DNA of 64,000 nt from Mobula hypostoma (taxonomy: Eukaryota). The translations under genes were made by a program, and so were the position numbers. The notes below the pieces were generated by a model that did no database searches, had not been told where the DNA came from, and worked only from the letters and a program-made list of their open reading frames with translations. Of the stretch, positions 51,300-62,126 are shown one piece after another. The stretch is from NCBI RefSeq assembly GCF_963921235.1, contig NC_086098.1, forward strand, positions 6,758,001 through 6,822,000. The letters run 5' to 3'. The number at the start of each line of letters is the position of its first letter. Within the stretch, counting starts at the first letter, position 1.

Positions 51300-51414
51300 G
51301 CACAGCTGTCAGGGTGAGTGGAGACGTTTCATGCTTGCAGTCTAGGCTGGATTTGAACCCTGACCTCAGAGGGGAAAGGGTAATGTGGTAAGTCATTATA
51401 GCGACCAATCCCTC
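51300..51414 (-). mobile_element. Ancient tRNA-derived SINE head, LF-SINE-like
   Basis: - strand gggattggtcgct...cctttcccctctgaggtcagggttcaaatccagcctaga..tgaaacgtc, with B box ggttcaaatcc. Similarity to the LF-SINE 5' end is from recall. Confidence 0.5.
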
Positions 51415-51671
51415 AGGTCCTTACAGATTTTAAACATGAGCAGCAATTGAAATTAGAAACTTGTTGCTAGCTTTCTAGAAGTTAAATCAAATACTAAGTT
51501 TGATTACATCAAAGGCCTTTGTTAATAGTGAAGTTCCCACTGCATCCATTTATATGGAATAACTTCACTCAACTTCATTTGCCCCATCACTGAAATGCTC
51601 CCACAAGTGACTCTCTTTCAAGGACTCTTCAGCTCACATTCTCAATATTTACTGCCTATTTATTTATTATT

Positions 51672-52022
51672 AGAAACATAGAAAACCTACAGCACAATAC
51701 AGGCCCTTCGGCCCACAAAGCTGTGCCGAACATGTCCTTACCTGAGAAATTACCTAGGGTTACCCATAGCCCTCTATTTTTCTGAGCTCCATGTACCTGT
51801 CTGGGAGTCTCTTAAAAGACCCTATCGTATCCGCCTCCACCACCGTCACCGACAGCCCATTCCACACACTCACCACTCGCTGCGTAAAAAATTTACTCCT
51901 GATATCTTCTCTGTACCTGCTTCCAAGCACCTTAAAACTGTGCCCTCTCATGCTAGCCATTCCAGCCCTGGGAAAAAGCCTCTGACTATCCACACGATCA
52001 ATGCCTCTCATCATCTTATACA
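51672..52022 (-). mobile_element. CR1 3' end nested in a Rex-type 3' UTR
   Basis: ORF 51760-52023 [17 protein letters not shown]; same subfamily as 58630-58995. Confidence 0.88.
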
Positions 52023-52814
52023 CTTATTATTGTTATTATTTCCTTTTGCACTTGCACCATTTGTTGTCTTTTGCAGTCTGGTTGAACTTCCAAGTCAGTT
52101 CAGTCTTTCATTGAATGGATTTATTGAGTATGTCCACAAGAAAACTAATCACAGGGTTGTATATGGCGATATATATGTATTTTGATAATAAGTTTAAATT
52201 TGCTTTGAAGCCTCAGCCATCTGCTGTGTATTGAATGCATGGAAAGGTCTGTGCATTCTGTTCCCTGTTTCTAGTTTCAACCCTTTCCCTCTTTCTCCCT
52301 GATCTTGTTCTTCAGCCTTCCTCCAAAAGTATTCTGGTAAGTTGCTGTGACACAATTGTATTTGCAGTTTGTTACCATTTTGCACATTGTCTGTCCCGTT
52401 GGGTGCTGTCTTTCGTTGATTGTACTGTGTTTCTTGGATTTACTGTGTATGCCCACAAGAAAACAAACCTCAGGGTTGTATTTGGTGACATCTATGTACT
52501 TAGATAATAAAGTTTGAACTTTGAACTTTGAACTTTGTTGTGGTATGCTGGTCAGGGTACAACACGCAGCAAAAAAAAAACACATTCACCATTATAAAGA
52601 AATCATTAAAAAAATGCTAAAGATTACTAAAGAGATTTGTTAGTCTTAACCCAGCCTGTTTGGAGATCTCGAACTGTTCTCATTTGGAGATCTCAAATTC
52701 TACTTCAGAGTAACAGCCTGTTAACCAATAATTATCCTTGTTTAAGATACAACCGTTGCAACTGCAGTTTTTCACTATTTCCTGTTCAACAGACTAACGG
52801 CATGAGGTATGGTG

Positions 52815-53171
52815 TTATCATCATTATGTGTGATGTGGTATGACATGGGCAATCATGGTCTTCCCTGACCATTATTGCTCTTGGCAAATCTTTCTACAGA
52901 AGTGGTTTGCCATTGCCTTCTTCTGGGTAGTGTCTTTACAAGATAGGTGACCCCAGCCTTTATCAGTACTCTTCAGAGATTGTCTGCCTGGCGTCAGTGG
53001 TTGCATAACCAGGGCTTGTGATACGCATCAGCTTCTCCCATGGATTCATGTGACCCTGTTGGGGTGGTGGGCTAAGTAGGTGCTGCACCTTGCCCAAGGG
53101 TGACCTGCAGGCTAGCAGAGAGGACTACCTTACACCTATTTTGGTAAAGATGTATCTCCACCCCACCAGCC
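52815..53171 (-). mobile_element. Non-autonomous BovB/RTE-like short element (second partial copy 62560-62770)
   Basis: - strand gaagaaggcaatggcaaaccacttct...ttgccaaga resembles the Bov-A/Sauria-SINE tail motif (recalled); two homologous copies in the window. Confidence 0.6.
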
Positions 53172-53319
53172 AAGAGACATAGTGTAGGCACCGGATACGG
53201 TGTACACTTATTGGCTGCTTTCTTGTGGCCTTCTGCAGCTGTAGCCCATGAATTTCAAAATTCCTAGTGTTGTACATTCAGAGATGTTTCAGGCCTACGC
53301 TCACTGGAATTTAGAAGAA

Positions 53320-55225
53320 TATAACCATATAACCATATAGCATTTACAGCACAGAAACAGGCCATCTCGGCCCTTCTAGTCCGTGCTGAACTCTTACTCT
53401 CACCTAGTCCTACTGACCTGCACTCAGCCCATAACCCTCCATTCCTTTCCTGTCCGTATATCTATCCAATTTAACTTTAAACGACAACATTGAACCTGCC
53501 TCAACCACTTCTGCTGGAAGCTCGTTCCACACAGCTACCACTCTCTGAGTAAAGAAGTTCCCCCTCATGTTACCCCTAAACTTTTGCCCTCTAACTCTCA
53601 ACTCATGTCCTTTTGTTTGAATCTCCCCCACACTCAATGAAAAAAGCCTATCCACGTTAACTTTTATCTACCCCCTCATAATATTAAATACCTCTATCAA
53701 GTCCCCCCTCAACCTTCTACACTCCAAAGAATAAAGACCCAACTTGTTCAACCTTTCTCTGTAACTTAGGTGATGAAAGCCAGGTAACATTCTAGTAAAC
53801 CTTTTCTGTACTCTCTCTACTTGGCTTCCCCTGCCGCCCGTGGCAACAAATTCCATAGATTCACCACCCTCTGGCTAAAAAATTTTCTTCGCATCTCTGT
53901 TCTGAATGGGCACCCTTCAATCCTTAAATCATGTCCTCTCGTACTAGACTCCCCCATCATGGGAAACAATTTTGCCACACCCACCCTGTCCCTGTCTTTG
54001 AACATTCAAAATGTTTCTGTGGGGTTCCCCCTCATTCTTCTAAACTCCAAGGAATACAGTCCAAGAGCGGACAAATGTTCCTCATATGTTAACCCTCTCA
54101 TTCCCGGAATCATTCTAGTGAATCTTCTCTGAACCCTCTCGAATGTCAGCACATCCTTTCTTAAATAAGGAGCCCAAAACTGCCCACAGTACTCCAAGTG
54201 AGGTCTTAACAGTGCCTTATAGAGCCTCAACATCACATCCCTGCTCCTATACTCTATTCCTCTAGAAATGAATGCCAACATTGCATTTGCCTTCTTCACC
54301 AGTGACTCAACCTGGAGATTAACCTTAAGGGTATCCTGCACGAGGACTCCCAAGTCCCGTTGCATCTCAGAACTTTGAATTCTCTTGCCATTTAAATAAT
54401 AGTCTGCTGGTTTATTTCTTCTGCCAAAGTGCATAACCATACACTTTCCAATATTGTATTTCATTTGCCACTTCTTTGCCCATTCTCCCAATCTATCCAA
54501 GTCTCTCTGCAGACTCTGTTTCCTCAGCACTACAGGCCCCTCCACCTATCTTTGTATCATCAGCAAACTTAACCACAAAGCCATCTATTCCATAATCCAA
54601 ATCGTTGATGTACAATGTAAAAAGAAGCGGCCCCAACATGGACCCCTGTGGAACACCACTGGTAACGGGCAGCTGACCAGAATAGGATCCCTTTATTCCC
54701 ACTCTCTGTTTCCTGACAATCAGCCAACGCTCTATCCACGTATGTAACTTTCCCATAATTCCATGGGCTCTTATCTTGTTAAGCAGCCTCATGTGTGGCA
54801 CCTTGTCAGAGGCCTTCTGAAAATCCAAATATACAACATCCACTGCATCTCCCTTGTCTAGCCTACTGGTAATTTCCTCAAAAAATTGCAATAGGTTTGT
54901 CAGGCAGGATTTTCCTTTGAGGAATCCATGCTGAGTTCTGCCTATCTTGTCATATGCCTCCAGGTACTCCGTAACCTCATCCTTGACAATCGACTCCAAC
55001 AACTTCCCTACCACTGATGTCAAGCTAACAGGTCTATAATTTCCTTTTTGCTTCCTTGCCCCCTTCTTAAATAGCGGAGTGACATTTGCAATCTTCCAGT
55101 CCTCCGGAACCATGCCAGGTTCTCCTACATCTTCTCTGTACCTACTCTCCAGCACCTTAAACCTGTCATCCTCCATTGCTCCAAGGAGAAAAGGCCGAGT
55201 TCACTCAACCTATTCTCATAAGGCA
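53320..55225 (-). mobile_element. Stack of three CR1 fragments (53320-53815, 53818-55120, 55120-55225) between the halves of a Tc1-derived MITE (53200-53290 and 55226-55352)
   Basis: ORFs 54493-55176 (PLFKKG..YLDFQKA..GVPQG..KFADD), 54006-54545, 53410-53655; MITE TIR cctaataaagtgaccactgtgtg at about 55329-55351. Confidence 0.85.
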
Positions 55226-55424
55226 TGGTAACAACTGAACCTCTTGATCACGTCTGCATGCTTTTACATATTGAGTTGCTACCACATGATTGGCTGATTA
55301 GATATTTGAATTAATGAATACATGTGTACCTAATAAAGTGACCACTGTGTGTATATTAACGATTACAAACATGACATAAAATAATCAGTTTTTTAAATTG
55401 AAATCTCTGTAGCTAAAGTATTGG

Positions 55425-55635
55425 TGTAAACACGAGGAATTCTGCAGATGCTGGAAATTCAAGCAACACACACATCAAAGTTGCTGGTGAACGCAGCAGG
55501 CCAGGCAGCATCTCTAGGAAGAGGTACAGTCGATGTTTCGGGCCGAGACCCTTCGTCAGGACGGACGAAGGGTCTCGGCCTGAAACATAGACTGTACCTC
55601 TTTCTAGAGATGCTGCCTGGCCTGCTGCGTTCACC
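55425..55635. mobile_element. Young Penelope-like foldback element with target-site duplication
   Basis: Arms 55483-55557 and 55564-55638 are 72/75 complementary; direct repeat agctaaagtattgg at 55411-55424 and 55636-55649. Confidence 0.9.
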
Positions 55636-55664
55636 AGCTAAAGTATTGGGTTCACTTCAAAGTA

Positions 55665-56078
55665 AAGTTTAAAGTTCAAAATTAAATTTATTATCAGAGT
55701 ACATACATATCACCACATACAACCCTGTGATTCTTTTTCCGGCAGGCATAGATAGCAAATCTATAGAATAGTAACTGTAGACAGGATCAGTGAACAATAA
55801 ACTGTGCAAATGCAAATATAAATAAATAGCGATTAATAACGAGAGCATGAAATAACAAGTAAAAGAGTCCTTAAAGTGAGAGCATCACTAATAGAATGAG
55901 TGTAGTTATCCCTTTTTTCCAAGACCCTGATGGTTGAAGGGCAGTAACTGCTCCTGAACCTGGTGGTGTGAGTCCTGAGTCTCCTGTACTTTCTTCCTGA
56001 GGGCAGCAACAAGAAAGAAACAGGCCCTGGGTGGTGAGGATCTTTGATGATGGATGTTGCTTTTCTACGGCAACGCAC
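55665..56078 (-). mobile_element. Rex1/Babar-like 3' end
   Basis: ORF 55833-56078 RKATSIIKDPHHPG..LLPSGRKYRRLRTHTTRFRSSY. Confidence 0.8.
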
Positions 56079-57229
56079 ATTTACAGTGATGATGTGTCCT
56101 CAAAAGATTGAGTCACCCACAACAAAAACAAAATATATCTTTTTATTTTCGGATGTGAACAAGATCAAAATTAATTCACATTAAAATTATATTCACTTTT
56201 CCTTGTAAACAACTTCAAAATCATGTCTTTGGAAAACACATGTTGATTTTCTTCACCTCATTGGATATGTTTCCTTATACAAATTGAGGAAATTATGCTT
56301 TTCTTGCAGTTCATTTGAAAACAACCACCTGCTGAAATAATTCAAACTAAAGTTGCATGAGTTCCGTGAACACCTCCCAATGAAAGGAGGACTTTTATAG
56401 AATTACATTAAGGATTTTTAAGTGCCAGAGTCTTCTAACAACTGGCTTAGGGATTTCTATAAAATAAAGCACTTTTTAAAATCTCGATGCCCCCTTCACA
56501 CAAACCAGCTGTATCCAGTTTTAATGGAGGTAAGATGGTGACCACTTGGCCAGTGTCTATTCCTCTAACTTCCAGGCTCTCTTATTTTCTTCTTTCTGAA
56601 GATCCTGTCATTATTCTTCTATAACCAACCCCATCTCACACAACCTCTTCTTTGTCTTTGGGATGTATGGGAGTGAAGTGGTTAGCATAAAGCTTTATAG
56701 AGCCAGTTCACTTCTTGCTGTTACCCATAAGGAGTATGTATGTTCTCCCCAGGACCACGTAGATTTCCTCGAGTACTTTGGTTTCCTAAAACATCCCAAA
56801 AACGTACAAGTTAGTGGGTTAGTTGGTCAGATGGGTGTAACTGGGTAGTATGGGTTCGTTGCGCTGGAAGGGTACTGTGCCATTTCCCTTGAAAGAATGA
56901 TTTCCGATTTGCAAATGAAAATCAAAGCAACTGCAGATGCTAGAAATCTAATCTAAAGATAAAGAGAAAATTATGGGAATATTCAGCAAGTCAGGTCATT
57001 ATCTGTGGAAGAGAAAGAGAGCCAGTCTTTCAGCTATGACTCTATCGTGTGATATCTGCTCAGTACCAAGGTACTTCTTGGAACGGAAAGCTAAGTTTCA
57101 TCTCCAGGTCTTGAGAGTAGATCTTAAATCAGTCTCCTGACTCAAGAGATGGGATTGGTATTAACAAGCAATGACTGCAAAGTTCAAAGTTCAAAGTATA
57201 TTTATTATCAAAGTATGTGCATTTTATAC

Positions 57230-57657
57230 AACACACAAAATGCTGGAGGAACTCAGCAGGCCAGGCAGGATCTATGGAAATAAAATACAGTTGATGTTTC
57301 AGGCTGAGACCGTTCGGCAGGACTGGAGAAAAAAAAGATGAGGAGGAGATTTAAGAAGTGTGGGGAGGGGAGAGAGAAACACAAGGAGATAGGTGAAACC
57401 GGGAAGGGAAGGGATGAAGTAAAGAGCTGGGAAGATGATTAGTAAAAGAGATATAGGGCTGGAGAAGGGGGAGTCTTATGGGAGAGGACAGAAGGCCATA
57501 GAAGAAAGAAAAGGGGGGAGGAGAATCAGAGGGAGGTGATGGGCGGGCAAGGAGGTAAGGTGAGAGAGGGAAAAGGGAATGGTGAAGTGGGTCATTACCA
57601 GAAGTTTGAGAAATTGATGTTCATAGTTTCAGGTTGGTGGCTACCCAGACGGAATAT
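57230..57657 (-). mobile_element. Penelope-like 3' terminus fragment
   Basis: Homologous to 22379-22720; - strand encodes FRLGSHQPETMNINFSNF; hammerhead core mutated. Confidence 0.78.
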
Positions 57658-57674
57658 CTCACCTTAGAAATATT

Positions 57675-58995
57675 CTTGGAGAAGATCCTGAGAGGCAGGA
57701 TTTATGAGAGACATAATTTGATTAGGGATAGGCAGCATGGCTTTGTTAAGGGCAGGTCATGCCTTATAAACCTGATTTGATTCTTTGAGGATGTAGCAAA
57801 ACACATAGGTAGAGCAGTGGATGTAGTGTATATGGATTCAGTAAGGCATTTGATAAGGTTCCCCATGTGAGGCTCATTCAGAAGATAACGAAGCATGGGA
57901 TCCAAGAAGACCTTGCTTTGTGGATCCAGAATTGGCTTTCCCACAGAAGGCAAAGGGTGGTTGTAGATATTCTGCATGGAGGTTGGTGATCAGTTGTGTT
58001 CCGCAAGGATCTGTTCTGGCACCCCTCCTCTTTGTGATTTTTATAAATGACCTGGATGAGGAAGTAGAAGGGTGGGTTAGTAAGTTTGCTGATGACAGAA
58101 AAGTTGGGGGTGTCGTGGGTAGTCTTGTGGGTTGTCAGAGGTTACAGTGCGACATCAGTAGGATGCAGAACTGGGCTGAGAAGTGGCAGATGGAGTTTAA
58201 CCCAGATAAGTGTGAAGTGGTTCATTTCAGTAGGTCAAATTTGAAGACAGAATGTAATGTTAATAGTAAGACTCTTGGCAGTGTGGAGGACCAGCAAGAT
58301 CTTGGGGTCCATGTCCAAAGGACACTCAAAGCTGCTGGTTGGCAGTGTTGTTAAGAAGGTGTATGGTATATTGGCCTTCATCAACGATGGGACTGTGTTC
58401 AAGAGCCGTGAGTTAACGTTACAGTTATATAAGACATTAGTCAGACCCCACTTGAAGTACTGTGTTCAGATCTGGTCACCTCACTACAGGAAGGTTGTGG
58501 ATACTATAGAGAGAGTGCGGAGGAGATTTACAAGGATGTGCCTGGATTGGAGAGCCTGCTGCCTTATAAGAACAGATTGAGTGAACTTGGCCTTTTCTCG
58601 CTGGAGCAACGGAGGATGAGAGGTGACCTGATAGAGGTGTATAAGATGATGAGAAGCATTGATCGTGTGGATAGCCAGAGGCTTTTTCCCAGCTCTGAAA
58701 TGGCTATCTAGAGGAAGCACAGTTTTAAGGTGCTTGGAAGTAGGTACAAGGAAGATGTCAGAGGTAAGTTTCTCACACAGAGAGCAGTGGGTGAGTGGAA
58801 TGCATTGCCAGTGATGGTGGTAGAGGCGGATACAATAGGGCCTTTGAAGAGATTGTCAGATGGATACATGGAGCTTAGAAAAATAGAGGGCTATGCGGTA
58901 GGGAAATTCTAGGCAGTTTCTAGAGTAGGTTACATGGTCGGTACAACATTGTGGGCCGAAGGGCCTGTAATGTGTAGATTTCTATGTTCTATGTA
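57675..58995 (+). mobile_element. CR1 LINE ORF2 pseudogene, 5'-truncated
   Basis: [39 protein letters not shown]; (ttctatg)n tail. Confidence 0.9.
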
Positions 58996-59539
58996 CTATA
59001 CTGTTAAAATATTATTTTATATTATGTGTGTCAGTTACATGTAATGTGTTATGCACGTTGTTTCATTTGGTGGTCTACATGTATCTGGAAAGAAACTGAA
59101 CTTGAAATTTCACTGGTTTGTTATTTGTCAGCCTTTGTGTGTAGTTTTTCACTGATTTTGTTGTATCTCTTGATTGCCTGTAACAAGATGAATTTCAGGC
59201 TGGTATACATACTTTGATATTAAATTTATTTTGAACTTTGACCTTTGCAATGCAGCATTGTCAACGACTTGCATTATTGTCTTATGCTTCCAATAAGGTC
59301 ATGGTTCCAGGGAGCTCATGAAGTGAATTGAACAACTGAACCTTGATGATTATTTTAATGAAAAGTGTTACTTCCAGTGTTTATTTATAAGAAGAGGCAT
59401 GAGGAATATACACGAGATTAAACTCAAAAATCCAAAAGCTGCTCTTTTAAGTGTACCGCAGTCCACCTGTCATTGCTGTGCCTGGCTCACCGTTGTGTGA
59501 AAACACATTTTTAGATTCCATCAACCAGAATAGAGTCTC

Positions 59540-59970
59540 ACAAGAATGATCCTGGAAATGAATGGGTTGACGTCTCAGGAGCATTTGTTGGCTCTGGAGT
59601 TTAGAAGAACGAGGAGGGGAATCTATTGAAACCTTTTGAATATTGAAGGTCCTGGATGGAGTGCAGGTGGAGAGGGTGTTTCCTATATCGGGGGAGTCTA
59701 GGACAAGATGGTACAGCCTCAGATAGAAGAATGTCCCTTTGGAACAGAGATGGGGAGGAATTTCTTTAGCCACAGTGTGGTGAATCTGTGGAATTTATTG
59801 CCACAAGAAGCTGTAGAGGTCAAGTCATTTAAAGCGGAGGTTGATAGGTTCTTGATTTGTAAAGGTTACAGGGAGAAGGCAGAGGAATGGGGTTACAAGG
59901 AATAAGGATGGAATGGGGGAGCAGACTCAATGGGCCAAATGGCCTAATTTTGCTCCTCAGTCTAATGGTC
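59540..59970 (+). mobile_element. CR1 3' fragment
   Basis: RNFFSHSVVNLWNLLPQ; CR1 3' UTR. Confidence 0.8.
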
Positions 59971-60429
59971 TGAAATCAACACCATTTCCATTTGCACAGA
60001 TGCTCCCTGATCTTCTGAGCGTTTCCAGCGTTTTCTGTTTTCAACTCAATTTGATATGTTGTGGGAGTGCATTTGGTCAAGTCTCAAATGGCTAGTTTTT
60101 TTTTTGCACTGAGAGTTATCAGCTCACAGTTTCAGTAAGTTGCCAGGGGAAAAAAAACTCTTAAGCACCTAAAGCCGCAAGGTCAAGCCTGACTAACCAG
60201 AAGCCCGTCTACAGTAAAGTCTAGCTGCTCTGTCAATGACAAGGGTTTAAAAATGTCTGTTGAGTTAAATGCCTAGGGGATTCAGCAGAGAACTCTAATG
60301 CTCCCTTGGCTGTCAAAAATGTATTATTTTCCTGGGAAAAAGAATTGAAAGTTTCAAAAGAGGCAAACAGCTGGTCTGACATTGTCACTTAGTCCAGCTC
60401 TTCTTGTTAGTGTGAGGGGAAGGAAGGAG

Positions 60430-61001
60430 ACAGTCAGTGGCCTCCTCCTTATTAGACATGTTTTGTGCTTAATAACGTGGCCACTGAGTATATGTCCATG
60501 GTCGCCTTCTGCTGTAGCCCATCCACTTCAAGGTTTGACGTGTTGTGCATTCAGAGATGTTCTTCTGCACACCACTGTTGTAATGCGTGGTTACTTGAGT
60601 TACTGTTGCCTTCCTGTCAGCTTGAAGCTGTCTGGTTATTCTCCTTTGACCTCTCTCACTAACAAAGTGTTTCACCCAGAGCACTGCCGCTCACTCAATG
60701 TTTTTTTTTGTTTCTGCACCATTCTCTGTAAAATCTAGAGACTGTTATGCATGAAAATCCCAGGAGCCGAATAGTTTCTGAGATACTCAAACCACCCCGT
60801 CTGGCACCAACAATCATTCCTCAGTCAGAGTCACTTTGATCACATTTCTTCCCCATTCTGATGTTCAGTTTGAAAAGCAACAGAACCCTTTGACCATGTC
60901 TGTATGCTTTTATGCATTGAGTTGCTGCCGTATGATTGGCTGATTAGATATTTGCATTAATTAACAGGTGTACAGGTGTACCTAATACAGTAGCCACTGA
61001 G
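60430..61001 (-). mobile_element. Tc1-derived non-autonomous element
   Basis: ORF 60469-60684 ERGQRRITRQLQADRKATVTQVTTHYNSG..ISECTTRQTLKWMGYSRRRP (Tc1 DNA-binding remnant); TIR cctaatacagtagccactgagtg. Confidence 0.85.
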
Positions 61002-61566
61002 TGAGGGGTGGCGAACGTACCTTCCTCCTGGTGATTAGTCTCGGGGGAGTGCAGGGAAGGGTACAGCAGACCCTATAATCCCCCCTCTTTAATTCCAGAA
61101 GAAAAGCTCATTGGTATTTTCCTTGGTTCTCAGTGGCTGTGCAGACCGCAATCCAGTGCCCATCACGCTGTCAGCAGAACAGCGATAAGAGCCGGTGGTG
61201 AGGAGGGTAACAAGGGGTAAGAGGCCAACATCCTCGCTGCAGGGCTGCTCGTCTCTGAGTTCCATGCTTGCTTGGCAGTGCACACAAATTGGAAGTAAGC
61301 TGGATGGGGGGCAGATCTTGGCGCCCCTCCCATCACCCTCCCCTCCCCCGGACAGCTCACCACTGACTGTAGCTGGACTTACGATAGAGCCCAGTATAGT
61401 GATGGGCCACCAGTGTTCCAAGTTGAGAGGCCAGAGGTACTTTGATTGTAGCCGCCAGCGACATGAAAGAGAATCAGGCATATAATAATAATAATAATAA
61501 CTTATTTATAGAGCACTTTCCATACAGTCAATGGCATTCAAAGTGCTTTACAGTGGGATAAAATAC

Positions 61567-62126
61567 GCTGTGTTGTGTTCATCCATCGTCGACGTCGATG
61601 AGGACCTTGACACCATTATGATGGTGTCAAGACTAGCGCGTGATTTGGATTTAAGTGAGGAAGAGTTGCACAGTGTCAGCCTCACCCTCTCTTCCCAATT
61701 CCCATCTGGATCCAGTGGCAAGACAGAGTCCAGGCGGCTGGAGATGGGACTAGGTGCAGTGGATGACCAGGACGTCTTCTGTGTCTTGTCCTGTTCTACA
61801 CGTTCCACGATGCTTGCAGAGACCGCCTTCTTCACCGTTGGACCTTCCATTGTTCTCGTCCGCTCAATCAGCCGGAGTCTGTCTTCACAGGCTGGGATAG
61901 ACAACTTCCTATCTCACCGAGGGTTTGAGACCCGTCGGCTACCCTCACCTGGTTTAGCCGGCTTGTCGAAGCCGTTGCCCGGGGTGTGGCCGCTGTCGCA
62001 TGTGAACAGCTGTGGGGAGCCACAGGTGAGAGCTGAGTGCCAGGTGGAGACCAAAGGTGGACTAACCGCCCTGAAAAGGACACTACATGTTCCCCCACCA
62101 GAGGTGCTACCCCTCCCTGACACCCC
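61567..62126 (-). mobile_element. Non-autonomous RTE-derived element carrying the HDV-like fold at its 5' end
   Basis: CpG-rich, no credible ORF, flanked by atac on both sides. The block ttggatttaagtgagg..cagcctcac..tccagtggcaagac..ctggagatgg resembles marsupial RTE-derived SINEs (recalled). Confidence 0.65.
61942..62126 (-). ncRNA. Candidate HDV-like self-cleaving ribozyme at the 5' end of an RTE-derived element
   Basis: On - strand: P1 GGGGUGU/ACACCCC (7 bp), P2 CUCUCACCUG/CAGGUGAGGG, P3 GGC/GCC, L3 starting UCC, GGGCAA after P1', P4 CGGCUU-cgac-AAGCCG, J4/2 GCUAA. All elements are in HDV order; L3 carries an atypical inserted hairpin. Confidence 0.7.

Noticed and set aside
57095..57178. 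Possible Deu/SacSINE-like head on the - strand
   Set aside because: Too degenerate to support by eye.
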